From positions 309,504,001 to 309,568,000 of the forward strand of contig OZ024740.1 in the NCBI GenBank assembly GCA_964016885.1: 64,000 nucleotides of DNA, read 5' to 3'. Made by a program: the position numbers and the translations under genes. This DNA comes from Eledone cirrhosa (taxonomy: Eukaryota). Below the pieces are notes generated by a model. That model saw nothing but the letters and a program-made list of their open reading frames with translations, was not told where the DNA came from and ran no database searches. Below, one piece after another: positions 37,695-50,560 of the stretch; position 1 is the stretch's first letter; every line of letters begins with the position of its first letter.

Positions 37695-40600
37695 ATGACC
37701 TCACTCAGAATAGGCAGCATAAATGCGCGTGGCTTGGGGTCGTCACGGAAGCAGGGTCACCTGCTCAACGACCTCAGGTCACTAAACATAGATGTAGTGG
37801 CCATCAGCGAGACCAGAATCTCCGAAGCACGGGCCTTCGCACCGATCTTCGGCGGCTACGATGTGTACGCATCTCCCAGCCGTCCTGGGTCGGGGGGAGG
37901 AGTTGCTGTGCTTTTTCGGAGAGGTTTGGATCTCGCCATGCGGGCCACCTTCCTGGACCCAGAAGGTAAGTTGGTGGTGCTGGACGTGACCAGCGGAGAC
38001 GGGCAAGCTTTCAGGCTAGTAGTCGTCTATGCCCCGACAGGTGCAGGGTGGTCTGATTTCTACCGGCGTCTGGAGACGTTTCTAGGAACGTCCCGTTCTT
38101 TAGTGTTAGTGGGCGACTGGAACGGGATCTTAGATGCACGCTGGGACTGTGTGGGATTAGCGGATAGGGGAGGAGGGTGCAAGAGCCTCACCAACCTGCT
38201 CAGGCGTTTTGAACTGTCTGACAGGTACCGATTGGATTTCCCGAATGTGCCAATGTGGACTTGAACAAACCGCATAGGGTCATCCAGATCATATCTAGAT
38301 AGAGTATTTTGTATGGAAATAGATAAGTCTAACATAGGCTGTCCACAATTCAAGATAGTCAGCTACACGGACCACAAATTCGTGATCTGTGTGCTTGACT
38401 TAGATAGGCTTCATAGACGAGGACCCGGCTACTGGAAGCTAAACGCGTCCTTACCAGCGCGCAAGGTTTACAGAGACCGGATTAGCGAACTAGTTAAGCG
38501 GGTGTTGACGGGGGCCATCGTCAACAACAAGTGGTGGTTTGCTCTGAAAAGAGCGATTAGAATAGAATCCATTAGGTTTAGTAAGGCTTTAGCAATAGAG
38601 AAAAATAGAGCAGAGGGAGAACTAGTTAGAAAATTAGACGAGGCGCTTAGCAAAGGCATTGCGACCGACGTGCTTGCGGCGAAATTGGACCTTGACCAAT
38701 TCTTCAATGCAAAGCACGAAGGCTGCATTGTCAGAGCTAGGGTGGGTGCTCTCAGACGCGAGGGGACGAAAGCTGTTCAATGGGCCCGAGTGGCGGAGGC
38801 GCGTCGTGGCAACAAAGCCACGATCCGGTCTTTGGTGGACCACGACGGGCGCATGCTACTCGATCCCGGGCAAATGTGTGAAGCTTTTCAGCGACACTTC
38901 ACTCAGCTGTTCGGGGGCAGCGGTGGGCCGGGTCGAGGGATGGACTTTAGTGTCTACCTCGACGGACTGCCGCGGCTCTCGGCCACTGAGGTGGAGTGTT
39001 GCGAAAAGCCGATAACAGCCGCTGAAGTAAGGGAGGCAATGACTAGTTGCACAAGGGGTAAATCGCCTGGTTTGGATGGTCTGCCCTATGAACTTTACGT
39101 ACAAATGCCAAACTTGTTCGGAGGCCTCTTGGCGGACGTCTACTGCAACTGGCAACAGAACGGGAGAATTCCCAGCTCTGTGAGCCGAGGAGCGGTGGCG
39201 CTGCTGTGAAAGGATCCGAACAAGGGGGATAACATAGATAATTTTAGGCCCATAACTCTGCTAAACACAGAGTTCAAGATTTTGGCCAAGGTGCTAGCAA
39301 AGCAGTTGGCGCTTGTCGTTGGTGGTCTGGTGGGAGAGGCACAGACATGCGCCATTCCCGACAGATCCATCCACGAAAACCTCCACCTCATGCGATACAT
39401 CGTAGAGAGGGTAGCTAGGGAACCTGGCACGGGTGGGTCTTTGATCAATTTAGATCAGTCGAAAGCCTTCGATAGGGTCGACCATCGTTACCTAGCGGCA
39501 GTCCTGAGGGCGGCTGGCTTTGGGCCCGTCTTCAGAGGCTGGATCGCTGCCATGCACAACGACATCTGCTCTGTAGTGAGAGTGAACGGTCACCTTTCGG
39601 AACCGTTCAACATCATGCGCTCGGTCCGCCAAGGATGTCCCCTCTCGTCCCTCTTGTACGTATTGACTCTCGAGCCATTACTGCACAAACTGGAGACGTT
39701 GAGGGGGGTCCCGCGCGAACTAGGAAGCGGAAAATCCGTGTCAGCATATGCCGACGATGTCACCGTAGTGGTGTCGAACGCCAAACACATCGAGGCGATC
39801 GGCACTACACTAAGAGAATACGAAGCGGTGACAGGAGCAATGATCAACCAGGAAAAGTCAGTGGGCCTGCAGCTCGGCACCTGGAGAGGCAGGTCCATGC
39901 CGTCCAACAGCGTCGTCGGGCGCTGGACGGACGGACCGGTTAAATTGCTAGGGGTCTGGTTCGGTCCAGACCTCCAGACGGACAAAAACTGGGACGAGGT
40001 GACGAGCAGGGTGGCTTCTCTCACCCAGAAATGGGCCGAGAGGAAGCTATCCCTGAAAGGTCGAGCGGAGGTGGCGAATGCGTACATCGCATCCGTCATC
40101 TACTACCGCCTGACCGTCGTACCTTGTCCTAAGCCCCTCCTGACTGCGCTGGAGCGTTTGCTTTTTCGCTTCTTGTGGAAGGGACGCGCTCCGATGGTCA
40201 GGAGGTCCATCTGCTGTTAACACTCGCTACGTGGAGGGCTGGGCATGCCGTGGCTGATGATGCGCAGACACGCGCTCAGGCTACGACATCTCCACCTCTT
40301 CCTCGACGGTGATCAGGTGTGGTCGCCGTTTGCTAGACACGTTTTTCCCCAGCTCGTCTTCTTGACGGAGCTGCAGTCCTGGGTCAAGCGAAGACCGAGA
40401 GGGAGCGCTTGGAGACTGGAATGTCTTCAGGCGCTCACAGCCCTCGACCAATCGGGCAATGTGATCGGTGGAAACTCCACCTTGGCGTTCTATAGGGGAT
40501 TAGTGGAGGGGAAGAGCGACGACGTACTTGGAGAAACTCTAGGCGTCGATGAAAATCAACTAGCCAATCTCTTTGGAAGGACTTTCGGGCCGGGGCCTAT

Positions 40601-41114
40601 GGACAACTTCCAGAAATCCCTGGCCTGGCAGTGCTACCGAGGAGCTTTGCCAGTTCGGGATAAACTCTACAGACATGGAGGTGCCGTCAGCCGGGCATGT
40701 CCGAGATGCGCGCAGGGCGACGAAACCGTCCTGCACGCACTCGTCCAGTGTCCGAGCATTGCTGACTTGTGGGTTTATGTCGAACACCTGCTGTCACGTG
40801 TAGGACGGATCCAGCTATCAGCTGAGTCCATCGTGAGGATTTCCCCGCCCCATTCCTTTAGCCTGGAAGGGCAGGCAGTTTTTATCTGTCTGGTGGCCAT
40901 GGCGAAAGAGATAGTATGGTGGACACGTTTGAAAGGGCTGAAGACGAGCACTTACCTCTTCGGTGATGCCCTGATTAACTTTTTCAAATTTCATTTGAAA
41001 AGGAAAATCAGGGTAGAGAGGGAAGTGCTCTCTTCCCAGCATTTTGTTGAAAGATGGGTGAGAGAAGCAAGTATGGCCCGAATGAATGGACCTACTCTGA
41101 GTATGTGTCTGTAA
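37695..41114 (+). pseudogene. Tx1 ORF2 (APE endonuclease, reverse transcriptase, zf-RVT) with three in-frame stops
   Basis: All four ORF pieces share one frame. Stops are TGA 38262, TGA 39207 and TAA 40218. Motifs: KSPGLDGL, DQSKAFDRVDH, RQGCPLS, YADD, CPRC..ETVLH..C. Confidence 0.95.
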
Positions 41115-41357
41115 ATTAAAGGTGGAAAACTGGGAAAGAGCACTTGCCCTGGTGGTCAGGGCCACTGTGGTCTTTTAATGGGCTTTCTCCACAAATGTCC
41201 CTCGGAAGTCTCCCCCCTATTGGGGAATTTTTCTTTGTTATTATATTTCAACCTCTGTTTTTTTTACACGCAGAAATGCCCATTTGTACCGTCCTGTATT
41301 GTCCTGTACTGTCCTTAATGTCTACTTTATGTAAACCCTTGTGGTTAATAAAGAAAA

Positions 41358-41393
<36 letters not shown>

Positions 41394-41394
<1 letters not shown>

Positions 41395-44277
41395 AATGAT
41401 TTATTTATTGGCCACAAGGATTGACATCAAGAAAAACATTACAGACGTCTCAGGACGGTACAGGACGGTACGATGTGGGTTTAGTGCATGTAAAGATCTT
41501 TATTATTTATATAAGAAAAGAAAAAAAGACATAGAAACATATATATATATAAACAATAAAAATGAAAATTGAAACAATGAAAAATTCCCCAATAGGGGGG
41601 TAACCTCTGAGGGTTACTCGTGGCGAAAACCACACAAAAGACCACGGCCATCCTGACCACGAAGGCAAGCGCTCTCTCTCAATTTTTCCATTTCTCAAAC
41701 TACAGGTGTATATTCAGAGCGGTCCCGTTCACTCGGATCATTCTCGCTACATTCACCCACCTTTCAACAAACTTGCTAGAAGGCAGCACTTGCCTCTCCA
41801 CCCTGATTTTCCTCTTCAAGTGAAACTTGAAAAAGTAAATTAGGGATTCGTCAAAGAGGAAAGTGTCTGTCTTTAACCCTTTCAACCTTGTCCACCACAC
41901 AATCTCTTTCGCCATGGCCACCAGTATGATGAAAACCGTCTGCCCTTCCTCCTCGAAGGAAGACGGCGAGGCCATCTGCACAATGGACTCAGTCGATAAC
42001 CGGATCAGTCCTACACGCGACAGCAACTGTTCGACATAGCTCCACAAGTCAGCCATGCTCGGGCACTGAATGAGTGCGTGTACGACGGTTTCGTCGCTCT
42101 GCGCGCATCTTGGACAGGCTCGGCTGACGGCACTTCCGTGCCTGTAGTGCTTGTCTCAAACCGGCAAAGCTCCTCGGTAGCACTGCTAGGCCAGGGATTT
42201 TTGGAAGTTATCCATAGGCCCTGGGCTGAAAGTTCTCCGGAAGAGAGCAAACAGCTGATCTTCTTCGACCACCAGGATCTCTCCGAGAACGTCGTCGCTC
42301 TTCCCCTCCACTAATCCTCTAAAGAACGCTGAGGTGGATGTTCCACCGATACTGGTGCCCAGCTGGCAGAGGGCAGTGAGCGCCTGGAGACATTCCAGTC
42401 TCCAAGCGCTATCCCTCGGACTTTTCCTGACCCAGGACTGCAGCTCCGTCAAGGAGACGAGCTGTGGGAAAATGTGCCTGGCGAACGGCGATCACACCTG
42501 TTCACCGTCAAGGAAGCACCAGAGATATCGCATCCTCAGCGCATGTTTGCGCATCATCAGCCATGGCATATCCAGTCCTCCACGCAACGGGTGTTGACAG
42601 CAGATGGATCGTCTGATCATGAGAGCGCGTCCCTTGCACAAAAAGGCGCTCCATTTTGGTGAGAGTTGGGCCGGGGCAAGGGACAACGGTGAGGCGGTAG
42701 CAGATGACGGACCTTTCAGGGACAGCTTCCTCTCGGCCCATTTCTGGTTGAGGGAGGCCACCTTGCTCGTCACCTCGCTCCAGTTTTTCTCCATCTGGAG
42801 GTCCGGTCCGAACCAGACCCAGAGCATTTAACCAGTCCGCCCGTCCAACGCCCCACGACACTGTCGGACGGCATGGACTTGCTCTCCAGGTGCCGAGCTG
42901 CAAGCCCACCGATTTTTCCTGGTTGATCATTGCTCCTGTCACTGCTTCGTATTCCTTGAGAGCGGTGCCGAGCATGTGGACGTGTCTGGTGCTCCACACC
43001 ACCATGGTGATATCGTCGGCGTAAGCCGACTCGGATTTCCCGCATCCTAGTTCGCGTGGGACGCCCCTCATCGCCCACAGTTTGTGCAGTAACGGCTTGA
43101 GAGCCAATACGTACAAGAGGGACGAGAGGGACAACACTGGCGGACCGAGCGCATGATGCTGAACGGCTGCGACAGGTGACCGTTCACCCTCACAACTGAG
43201 CAGATGTCGTTGTACATCGCAGCGATCCAACCCCTGAAAACGGGCCCGAAACCGGCTGCCTCGAGGACCGCCGCCAGGTACCGATGGTTGACCCTATCGA
43301 ATGCTTTGAATTGATCCAAGTTGATCAGCGCCCCACCCCTGCCAGGTTCCTTAACCACCCTCTCTATGATGTATCGCATGAGGTGGAGGTTGTCGTGTAT
43401 GGATCTGTTCGGAATGGCGCATGTCTGCGCCTCTCCCACCAGATCCTTGATGACAAGCACCAACCTCGTTGCTAATAACTTGGCCAAAATCTTGAACTCT
43501 GCGTTTAACCGGGTTATGGGTCTGAAATTATCGATAATATCTCCCCGGCTCACAAAACTGGGAATTCTCCCGTTCTGCTGCCAGTTGCAGTAGACGTCTG
43601 CTAAGAGGTCACCGAACAAGTCTGGCATAAATGCATAAATCTCGTAGGGCAGACCATCCAAACCTGGCGATTTACCCCTCGTGCAGTTAGCCATCGCTTT
43701 CCGTATTTCACCGGCTGTTATTGGCTTCTCTCAACACTGTGCTGCGGTCGTCGAGAGCCGAGGCAATCCGTCGAGGTATGTACTGAAGTCGATGCCCCGA
43801 TCCGGCCCGTCGCTGCTCCCGAAAAGTTCAGCAAAGTGTTGTTGAAAAGCTTCACACATCTGCTCGGGTTCGAGCAACACGCACCCGTTTTGGTCAGACA
43901 AAGACCGAATTGTGGCTTTGTTGCCACGTCGGCCTCTGCCACCCGGGCCCATTGGATAGCTTTTGTACCCTCGTGTTTCAGAGAACGCACTCTAGCTCTG
44001 ACAACGCAGCCTTCGTGTTTTGCGTTGAAGAATTGGTCGAGTTCCAATCTCGCCTCAAACACGTCGGTTGCGATGCCTGTCCTAAACGCCTCTTCTAGAT
44101 TTCTGACTAGCTCTCCCTCTACTCTATTTTCCTCTATCACCAGTCCTTTGCTAAACCTAATCGACTCTACTTTAATTGCCCTTTTCAGAGCGAACCACCA
44201 CCTGTTGTTGACGACCGCTGCCGTCAACGCCCGCTTAACTAATACGCTAATCCGGTCTCTGTAGGCTTTGCACGCCG
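41394..44277 (-). mobile_element. 5'-truncated, frameshifted Tx1/L1-clade LINE, tail-to-tail with the full-length copy
   Basis: Fragments 43718..44227, 43068..43694 (KSPGLDGL, KAFDRV), YADD within 42508..43230, and 41700..42056. Confidence 0.93.
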
Positions 44278-44714
44278 AATAATAACAACAATGATAATAA
44301 TAGTTCTGAGCAAGAATTAGTCAATGCAAAACAAAAAAAAGGATAACAAATAATTGACTCCATACGGAAGAACATTCGTAAGGTTACCATTAATAATCTA
44401 ACAAAACTGGAAGAGAAAATTATAGTTGAATTGTACAAATTTCACAATACGGATATGAATGACAGTCAATGTCTTCAAAATAAACCTATCTGTAAAAAAA
44501 GGCAAAGACGGCTGTGCAGAAGATCATAAATCGAAATTAAGTTGAAATCACATTCCTTAATGAACTAAGTCCATACTTCTGTTACTGAGTGCAACAAAAG
44601 GTGTAGCATTAAAGTCTGAAAAAATGTAGCAAAACACGCGGGAAAAGATCAAGAAAAAAATATCCGTGATCTCCGTTTTGATATGGATATACTTAACCTT
44701 ACTGCCGATATCAT

Positions 44715-45347
44715 ATCCTCCTCTTTATCCCTCTTCTCTTTGCTTTACTTGCTCTCCTTTTCTTCCTTATTCTCCTTTTCTCCTTGTTCTATTTGCTCTC
44801 CTTTTCCTCCTTATTCTCCTTTTTCCATTGCTCTCCTTTTCTCATTGCACTCCTCTTTCTCCTTACTCTCCTTTTCTCCTTGCTCTCATTTTCTCCTTAC
44901 TCTTCGCGCTCTTCTTTTAATCCCTATTCTTTTTGCTATCCTTGCTCTCATTTTCTTCTTACTCTCCCTTTCTCCTTGGTCTCTTTTATCTCATTGTCCT
45001 CTTTTTTCTCCTTGCTCTCCTTGCTCTCCTTTTCTCCTTATTCTCCTTGCTCTCCTTTTGCCTTTACTCTCCTTGCTGTCATTTCTCCTTGCTATCCTTT
45101 TCTCCTTACTCTCCTTGCTCTCCTTTTCTCCTTACTCTCCTTGCTCTCCTTACTCTCCTTACTCTCCTTGCTCTCCTTACCTCCTTACTCTCCTTGCTCT
45201 CCTTACCTCCTTACTCTCCTTGCTCCCTCTTTATCCTTATTCTCCTTGCTCTCCGTTTCTCCTTACTCGCCTTGTTATCTTTATCTCCTTGCTCTCTTTG
45301 CTCCCCTTTTCTCCTTACACTCTTTTCTCTCTTTGCTCTCTGTTTCT
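44715..45347. repeat. Degenerate 9-bp pyrimidine-rich tandem repeat (TCTCCTTRC)n
   Basis: Repeated tctccttgc / tctccttac units. Confidence 0.9.
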
Positions 45348-45349
45348 TA

Positions 45350-45600
45350 ATTGAGCGCGGCGGGAGTCCCGTTTTCATTGGGCGCGGCGGTGGGTCCCGT
45401 TTTTTATCCGGACGTGGCCGGGGGTCCCATTTATTTGGGTGTGGTGGGGCATCCCGATTTTAATTAGGACACTGCGGCTGACCCGTTTTTTTATATGGGT
45501 GCGGCAGAGGGTTCCGTTTTTTGTTTGTGCGTGGCAGGGATCCCGTCTTTTATTTGGGCGCGGCGAAGGGTCCCGCTTTTTATTTGGCTTGGCGGGGTAT
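45350..45600. repeat. GC-rich minisatellite with units of about 27 bp
   Basis: About nine degenerate units of ttgggcgcggcggNggtcccgtttttta. Confidence 0.8.
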
Positions 45601-45624
45601 CTCCTTCTTTAACTCACACATCCA

Positions 45625-46042
45625 CATTCCCCTCTCACCCATTTCCCCCCTCTTTCCCCCACTTTCTCCCTCTTTTCCCCTTTCCCCTCATTCCAGTTTT
45701 TTCCTCTCTTTCCCGTTTTCCTCATCTTTCCCTGTTTCTCCCTCTTTACCCCCTCTTTCTCACTCTTTCAACTTCTTTCCCCTTCTTTACTCCTCCCCTT
45801 CCTTCCCTTCCTCCCCTTCAATTTTTTCCTCCCCCCATTCCTCTCTTTCCTCCCCTTCTTCCCTTTCCTCCCCTTCCTCTTCCTTCCTTCCTCTTCCTCC
45901 TCTTTGTCTCCTTCCATCCCTTCCTCCCTTCTTCCACTCTTTCCTCATCCTTCCTTCCCTTTCTCCCCATCCCCTATTTCCTCTCCTTCCTCTCTTTCCT
46001 CCCCTTCCTCTCTTTCTCTTTCCCCTTTTCTTCTCTCTCTCA
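45625..46042. repeat. Polypyrimidine low-complexity tract
   Basis: Almost exclusively C and T. Confidence 0.9.
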
Positions 46043-47287
46043 CGCAGAATAGTAAAAAATAATTATGAATTCGAATCAGCCAACTTGATGGAATAATAGA
46101 GAAGTTGAAACAATAAAAAATGCAAGCTAAACCTTCAAGCAAGCGTCACTCTGAGAGGCGACCTACATTCTTCAAAGAAAACAGCATGTTCAAAAGTAAA
46201 CTCCAAACATTCTAACATAAATATAGAAAAAGTACAATCGATGTAATAGGAGCTCCTATTTAACAAGTAAATTATGACATGGAGAATAAACCATCGTATG
46301 ATGAAGAAAGAAATGACGCAAATGCTTCAGGGATTAACCAATAAAAACAAAAGACAGGACAGAAGGAGTTGGAGAAAAGTGGAGAGGATGTCAAATCCTC
46401 ATTAGAAAATCCAATAAATGGACATCTAGAAAAGAAACATCTTTAACCTTTGGTTAAATATCTTGACAAATTATCATGGAAAGTTAACTTTCTTTTACAA
46501 TAGTAAAAGAAACCGAGTGGCTGTTTATTGGCAAAGCTTTCTTGTTACCTAAAAATGATGAAACTAAAATCCGCCAAAATAATATGCCTGACAACAATGT
46601 ACAATATCTTGGCAACAGTTTTGACAGAATGAGCTTACTCTGACCTTACCAACAACATTAGTTTACCTGATGAACACAGAGGATGTAAGGATCAACTTTT
46701 AATGAGCAAAATGATCGTTGATAGAATCTTTCAAGGCTGCATTATAAATAAGTCTTTCATATTCTTCCTTACAGCTGGATTGGAGAAAACCCCGAGAGAC
46801 ACAACATTTTACCTGTAATCAGGAAAGTTTTGCATGTGTCAAGAAGCTTTCGAAGACAACATAAAATCCTAAGACAGATGATACCACCATCAATTCAGGA
46901 GATGTCAATATCAAATGTGGGAACCCACTACAATTTTTATTGTTCCCTTTGGCACTAATTCTTCTACGCAAATTACTAAACGAAACTGGATATGGACACA
47001 CAACCTATCAAACAAACATCAATAATCTTTTCTATATGGATGACTGAAACGTTTTTGCAAAATACGAACAACAGCAATAAATACTCCTTCAGAATGTAAA
47101 ATAATTTAGTTCAGGAACCCAAGCTTGATAAATGCGCCAAGGTTACATTTTGTAAGGGGAAATTATTAGCCACTAACAATATTATATTAGATAAGGATAT
47201 GACAATAAAATAATTAGAGTCAGAATGCAGTTATAAGTATCTAGTTGTCTGTGAGGGAGACGAATTAAGCATTCAATGACGATAGAA

Positions 47288-47473
47288 ATAATTATTGTTT
47301 CTACTTTTAGCACAAGGCCAGCAATTACCCAGTGCATTACTGGTACTTTATTTTATCGACCTCGAAAGGATGAAAGGCAAAGTTAATCTCGGCGTAATTT
47401 GAAATCAGAATGAAAAAGGCCGTAACTCAATGCTGCAAAACATGGCGTCCGACCCTCTACCAATACTGCCAAT
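47288..47473 (-). mobile_element. tRNA-derived SINE inserted in the Dong/R4-like element
   Basis: Reverse complement of the family. Confidence 0.9.
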
Positions 47474-48275
47474 GTTATGGAAGAGTAGCGGTGATCTGAA
47501 GAATGAAGTAAAGACCAGAAAGAAAATAAAGGCCATTAATACATTGCCATATATGTAGTGGCCTACAACTTCAACATTATCACCTGGTCACTATCGGAAA
47601 TGAGCAAAATTGATGTGAAATTCCGAAAACTACTAGCAATGCATCATATCCATCATATAAAAAAATAAGTAACTCGATTGTATCTCCCTAGACAAGACAG
47701 TGACCGTCGGTAAAAACATCTTCAACTCTCAATTAAGAGGCAACTCGTTAAAAAAAGCAAAGAGAAACAGAAAGCTTACTATTAGCAGCTCAAGAGTAAG
47801 CCCTAAATTTTAATGCAGTAAAAAGGGGAATTTACAAAATGGATGTGTTAAACAAATGTAGAATGTGTGGGATTCATGTGAAGGATGTATTGCATATTGT
47901 CAGCGACCGCGAAACAGCACAAAGAATACAAAATTTTGAAACGGATGGAGATATAAAACACAGACGATCTGACATTGTAGTAGTTATGATAATGGCAAAT
48001 AAGGGTTACATATTTTATGTAGTATGTTCAGTGGATATCAGTCTGGCGGAAAAGAGATACGAGAAGTTACTTTAATTATAGGGCGGACATAGCTAAAATG
48101 TGGAATAAGGTGAGTACTCTTCCTAAATCATTACATTTATCGACAGCACATATTCGAAACGTTCTGTCTATTAAATGGGAGGAGACCAGTCTTTCTCTTT
48201 GTCTTAAGCTCATGTTCAGCCTAATGTGGGGTCCTAAATAACTAGCTGTAACACCCCAAAACTGTTCAAAGAAGA

Positions 48276-48343
<68 letters not shown>

Positions 48344-48614
48344 ATAATAATAATAATAATAATAATAATGATAATAATAATATCTAGAACAGATGCACGC
48401 TCTAGATATTTAGCATATAGTATTAATCAGAATAAATGAAAAATCGGTGCCGGGAGCCTTCGAAGTTAGAGTGTAGAACGATGTAATTACAAAAAATGTA
48501 GGAATATAATCTTATACTTTTACCGTTTCGGCCATTCTGTTACATTTTATATAAAAACATTGATGCCAATAAATGTAATCATGCCCACATATTATTGAGT
48601 ATCATACGCTAGTA

Positions 48615-48795
48615 AATAATTGTTTCTACTTTAGGCACAAGGCCAGCAATTATCCAGTGCATTACTGGTACTTTATTTTATCGACCCCGTAAGGATGAAA
48701 GGCAAAGTCAACCTCGGCGGGATTTGAACTCAGATCGTAAAGGGACGTAACTATGCTGGAAAGCATGGCGTCCGACCCTCTACTGATACTGCCAA
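48615..48795 (-). mobile_element. tRNA-derived SINE
   Basis: Reverse complement of the family. Confidence 0.92.
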
Positions 48796-49520
48796 AATGC
48801 GCAATAGACAACGTTAAATCATACCTACTCTAAAACTGCATTTGGACATTTTTTCTAAATTATATTTCGCAAAAATCACTGATTGTATTGAGATTCTAAG
48901 TAGAGGGAACGCAAAAGAATTCATTTCATTCTGGAGGGGAAACAATTTAGTGAAATGGATTCACATGAATGTAGTCAAAAAACAGATCCCAATAGAGAAG
49001 GGTCCGTAGATGCATTTGTCTTTTATCAATTATTTGTGCGCTTGCATCATGAAACGCTTTCGCAACATTTCTTTAGATTTACAGAAAGCACATGTCATTC
49101 AATTAGCGTGCGTTGACCCAATAACTATATATAGCGAGGGAGACTGAATTTGAGGTCGTATTTCTATTGACACCCCACTTAACCTGGCACTAGTTATTAA
49201 AAGCGTGAAAATCTATAATATCAACTGTTAAAGATGAAAAGTAGTTTATGTCCTTGCATAAGCCAAGACATTTATGAATCTCTTTGATAACATAGAATAA
49301 TATATGAACTGTGAATCTTCTGTGGGAACTATGATGCGTCTATCCTAGCAATTGAAGCACAATAATTAATATGTACTGCAATGCTACAAAATACACCGAG
49401 GTAATTTGTTATATTTTATATAATCAATTGTTTCATATTCGTAGAAATACACACACACACACACACATATATAGGGGAAAGAAGTGGAAAATGTTGTTTC
49501 AATTTTTAAGAAGATGTTAA

Positions 49521-49561
49521 TAACATTGCCGGTTTCACGCTTGAGTGATTTTCAAATGTTA
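49521..49561 (-). ncRNA. Degenerate or variant minimal hammerhead fold
   Basis: Minus strand: taacat-TTGAAAA-t cac tcaa gcg t-GAAA-CCGG-CA-atgtta. Confidence 0.45.
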
Positions 49562-49810
49562 AGTGAGATGGAGAGATGTGTAGCTATGTGTATCGCATCT
49601 GATATTTTGGAAAATTTCTTTCTGTTTTATAACTAAATAAATGGCTTAGATTGCTATCTGTTTGAAGTACAATTAGATTGGATATGGAACATCATTATAT
49701 TAGATATAGAATTGTGTAGTTTTTAACTACTGTAAACACTGTTATTGTAAATCACAGGACCTCTGTACCCGAACAAAAAAGGGGACAAATCGCTACTCAT
49801 ATACGCACGA

Positions 49811-49865
<55 letters not shown>

Positions 49866-50456
49866 CACATACACACAAACACACACACACACATATATAC
49901 TCGCACTCACGTAAAATTCTTGTTCATATTCCTGATTGAGTTATATTTATCATTATTTTATTAACTTTTTTAAAATTACTGAGACTTCATATTCCGACGT
50001 AGCAGGAAACAAAACAAAAAAACAAAACAAAAACAAAACAAAACAATATTTCTACTGACATAAACACAGATAATCTTAGTTAAACATTTGGGGTGGGTAG
50101 GTGGGATTGATTGCCACAAACAGTTCTATACACAGACATGACTACGTAACTCGACAAAACAGACATGACTTCCTTTTGAAATTGTCTCTAACCACGTTCA
50201 CTGATTGATGAAACTACAAATTTTTGGCGGAAAATAACAAGAAAAATTCTATTCCTAATTATGGCGCAAAAATTTCCACAACTGTACACGGAATCACATG
50301 ATCTTCGTGATCACGTGATCCAATTGTGCTTTGAAGAGATAAAAAACTGAGCCGCTTTTGTTTAGCAGAAAAAAAGTGCAGACGCGTGACACATCAGCAC
50401 ATTGCCACACACTTTACTTAAAAAAAATCATTCATATGTGAAACCGGAAAGACTTT

Positions 50457-50560
<104 letters not shown>

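Larger units (their letters stand above)
35402..41392 (+). mobile_element. Near-full-length Tx1/L1-clade non-LTR retrotransposon, disrupted
   Basis: 5' UTR, ORF1 with a CCHC knuckle, ORF2 APE-RT-zinc finger, 3' UTR with AATAAA and an (ATT)n tail. Confidence 0.95.
44278..48381 (+). mobile_element. Decayed Dong/R4-like (RLE-type) non-LTR retrotransposon, interrupted
   Basis: Remnants GKAFLLPK, ICLTTMY, GCKDQLL, LFYMDD (about 47028-47045), CRMCG..HI and RSDIVV; ends in (ACT)n(AAT)n. The part left of 46050 is uncertain. Confidence 0.72.

Noticed and set aside
38262-40220. In-frame TGAs in Tx1 ORF2 as selenocysteine or readthrough
   Set aside because: They fit single transitions (TGG, CGA and CAA to stop). 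The third is TAA where sister copies have CAA, and no SECIS is evident.
45350-45600. CRISPR-like repeat array
   Set aside because: Contiguous degenerate units with no spacers, no cas genes and a eukaryotic context.
44683-46096. Long Leu/Ser/Pro/Phe ORFs resembling membrane proteins
   Set aside because: Pyrimidine low-complexity sequence that lacks stops by composition.
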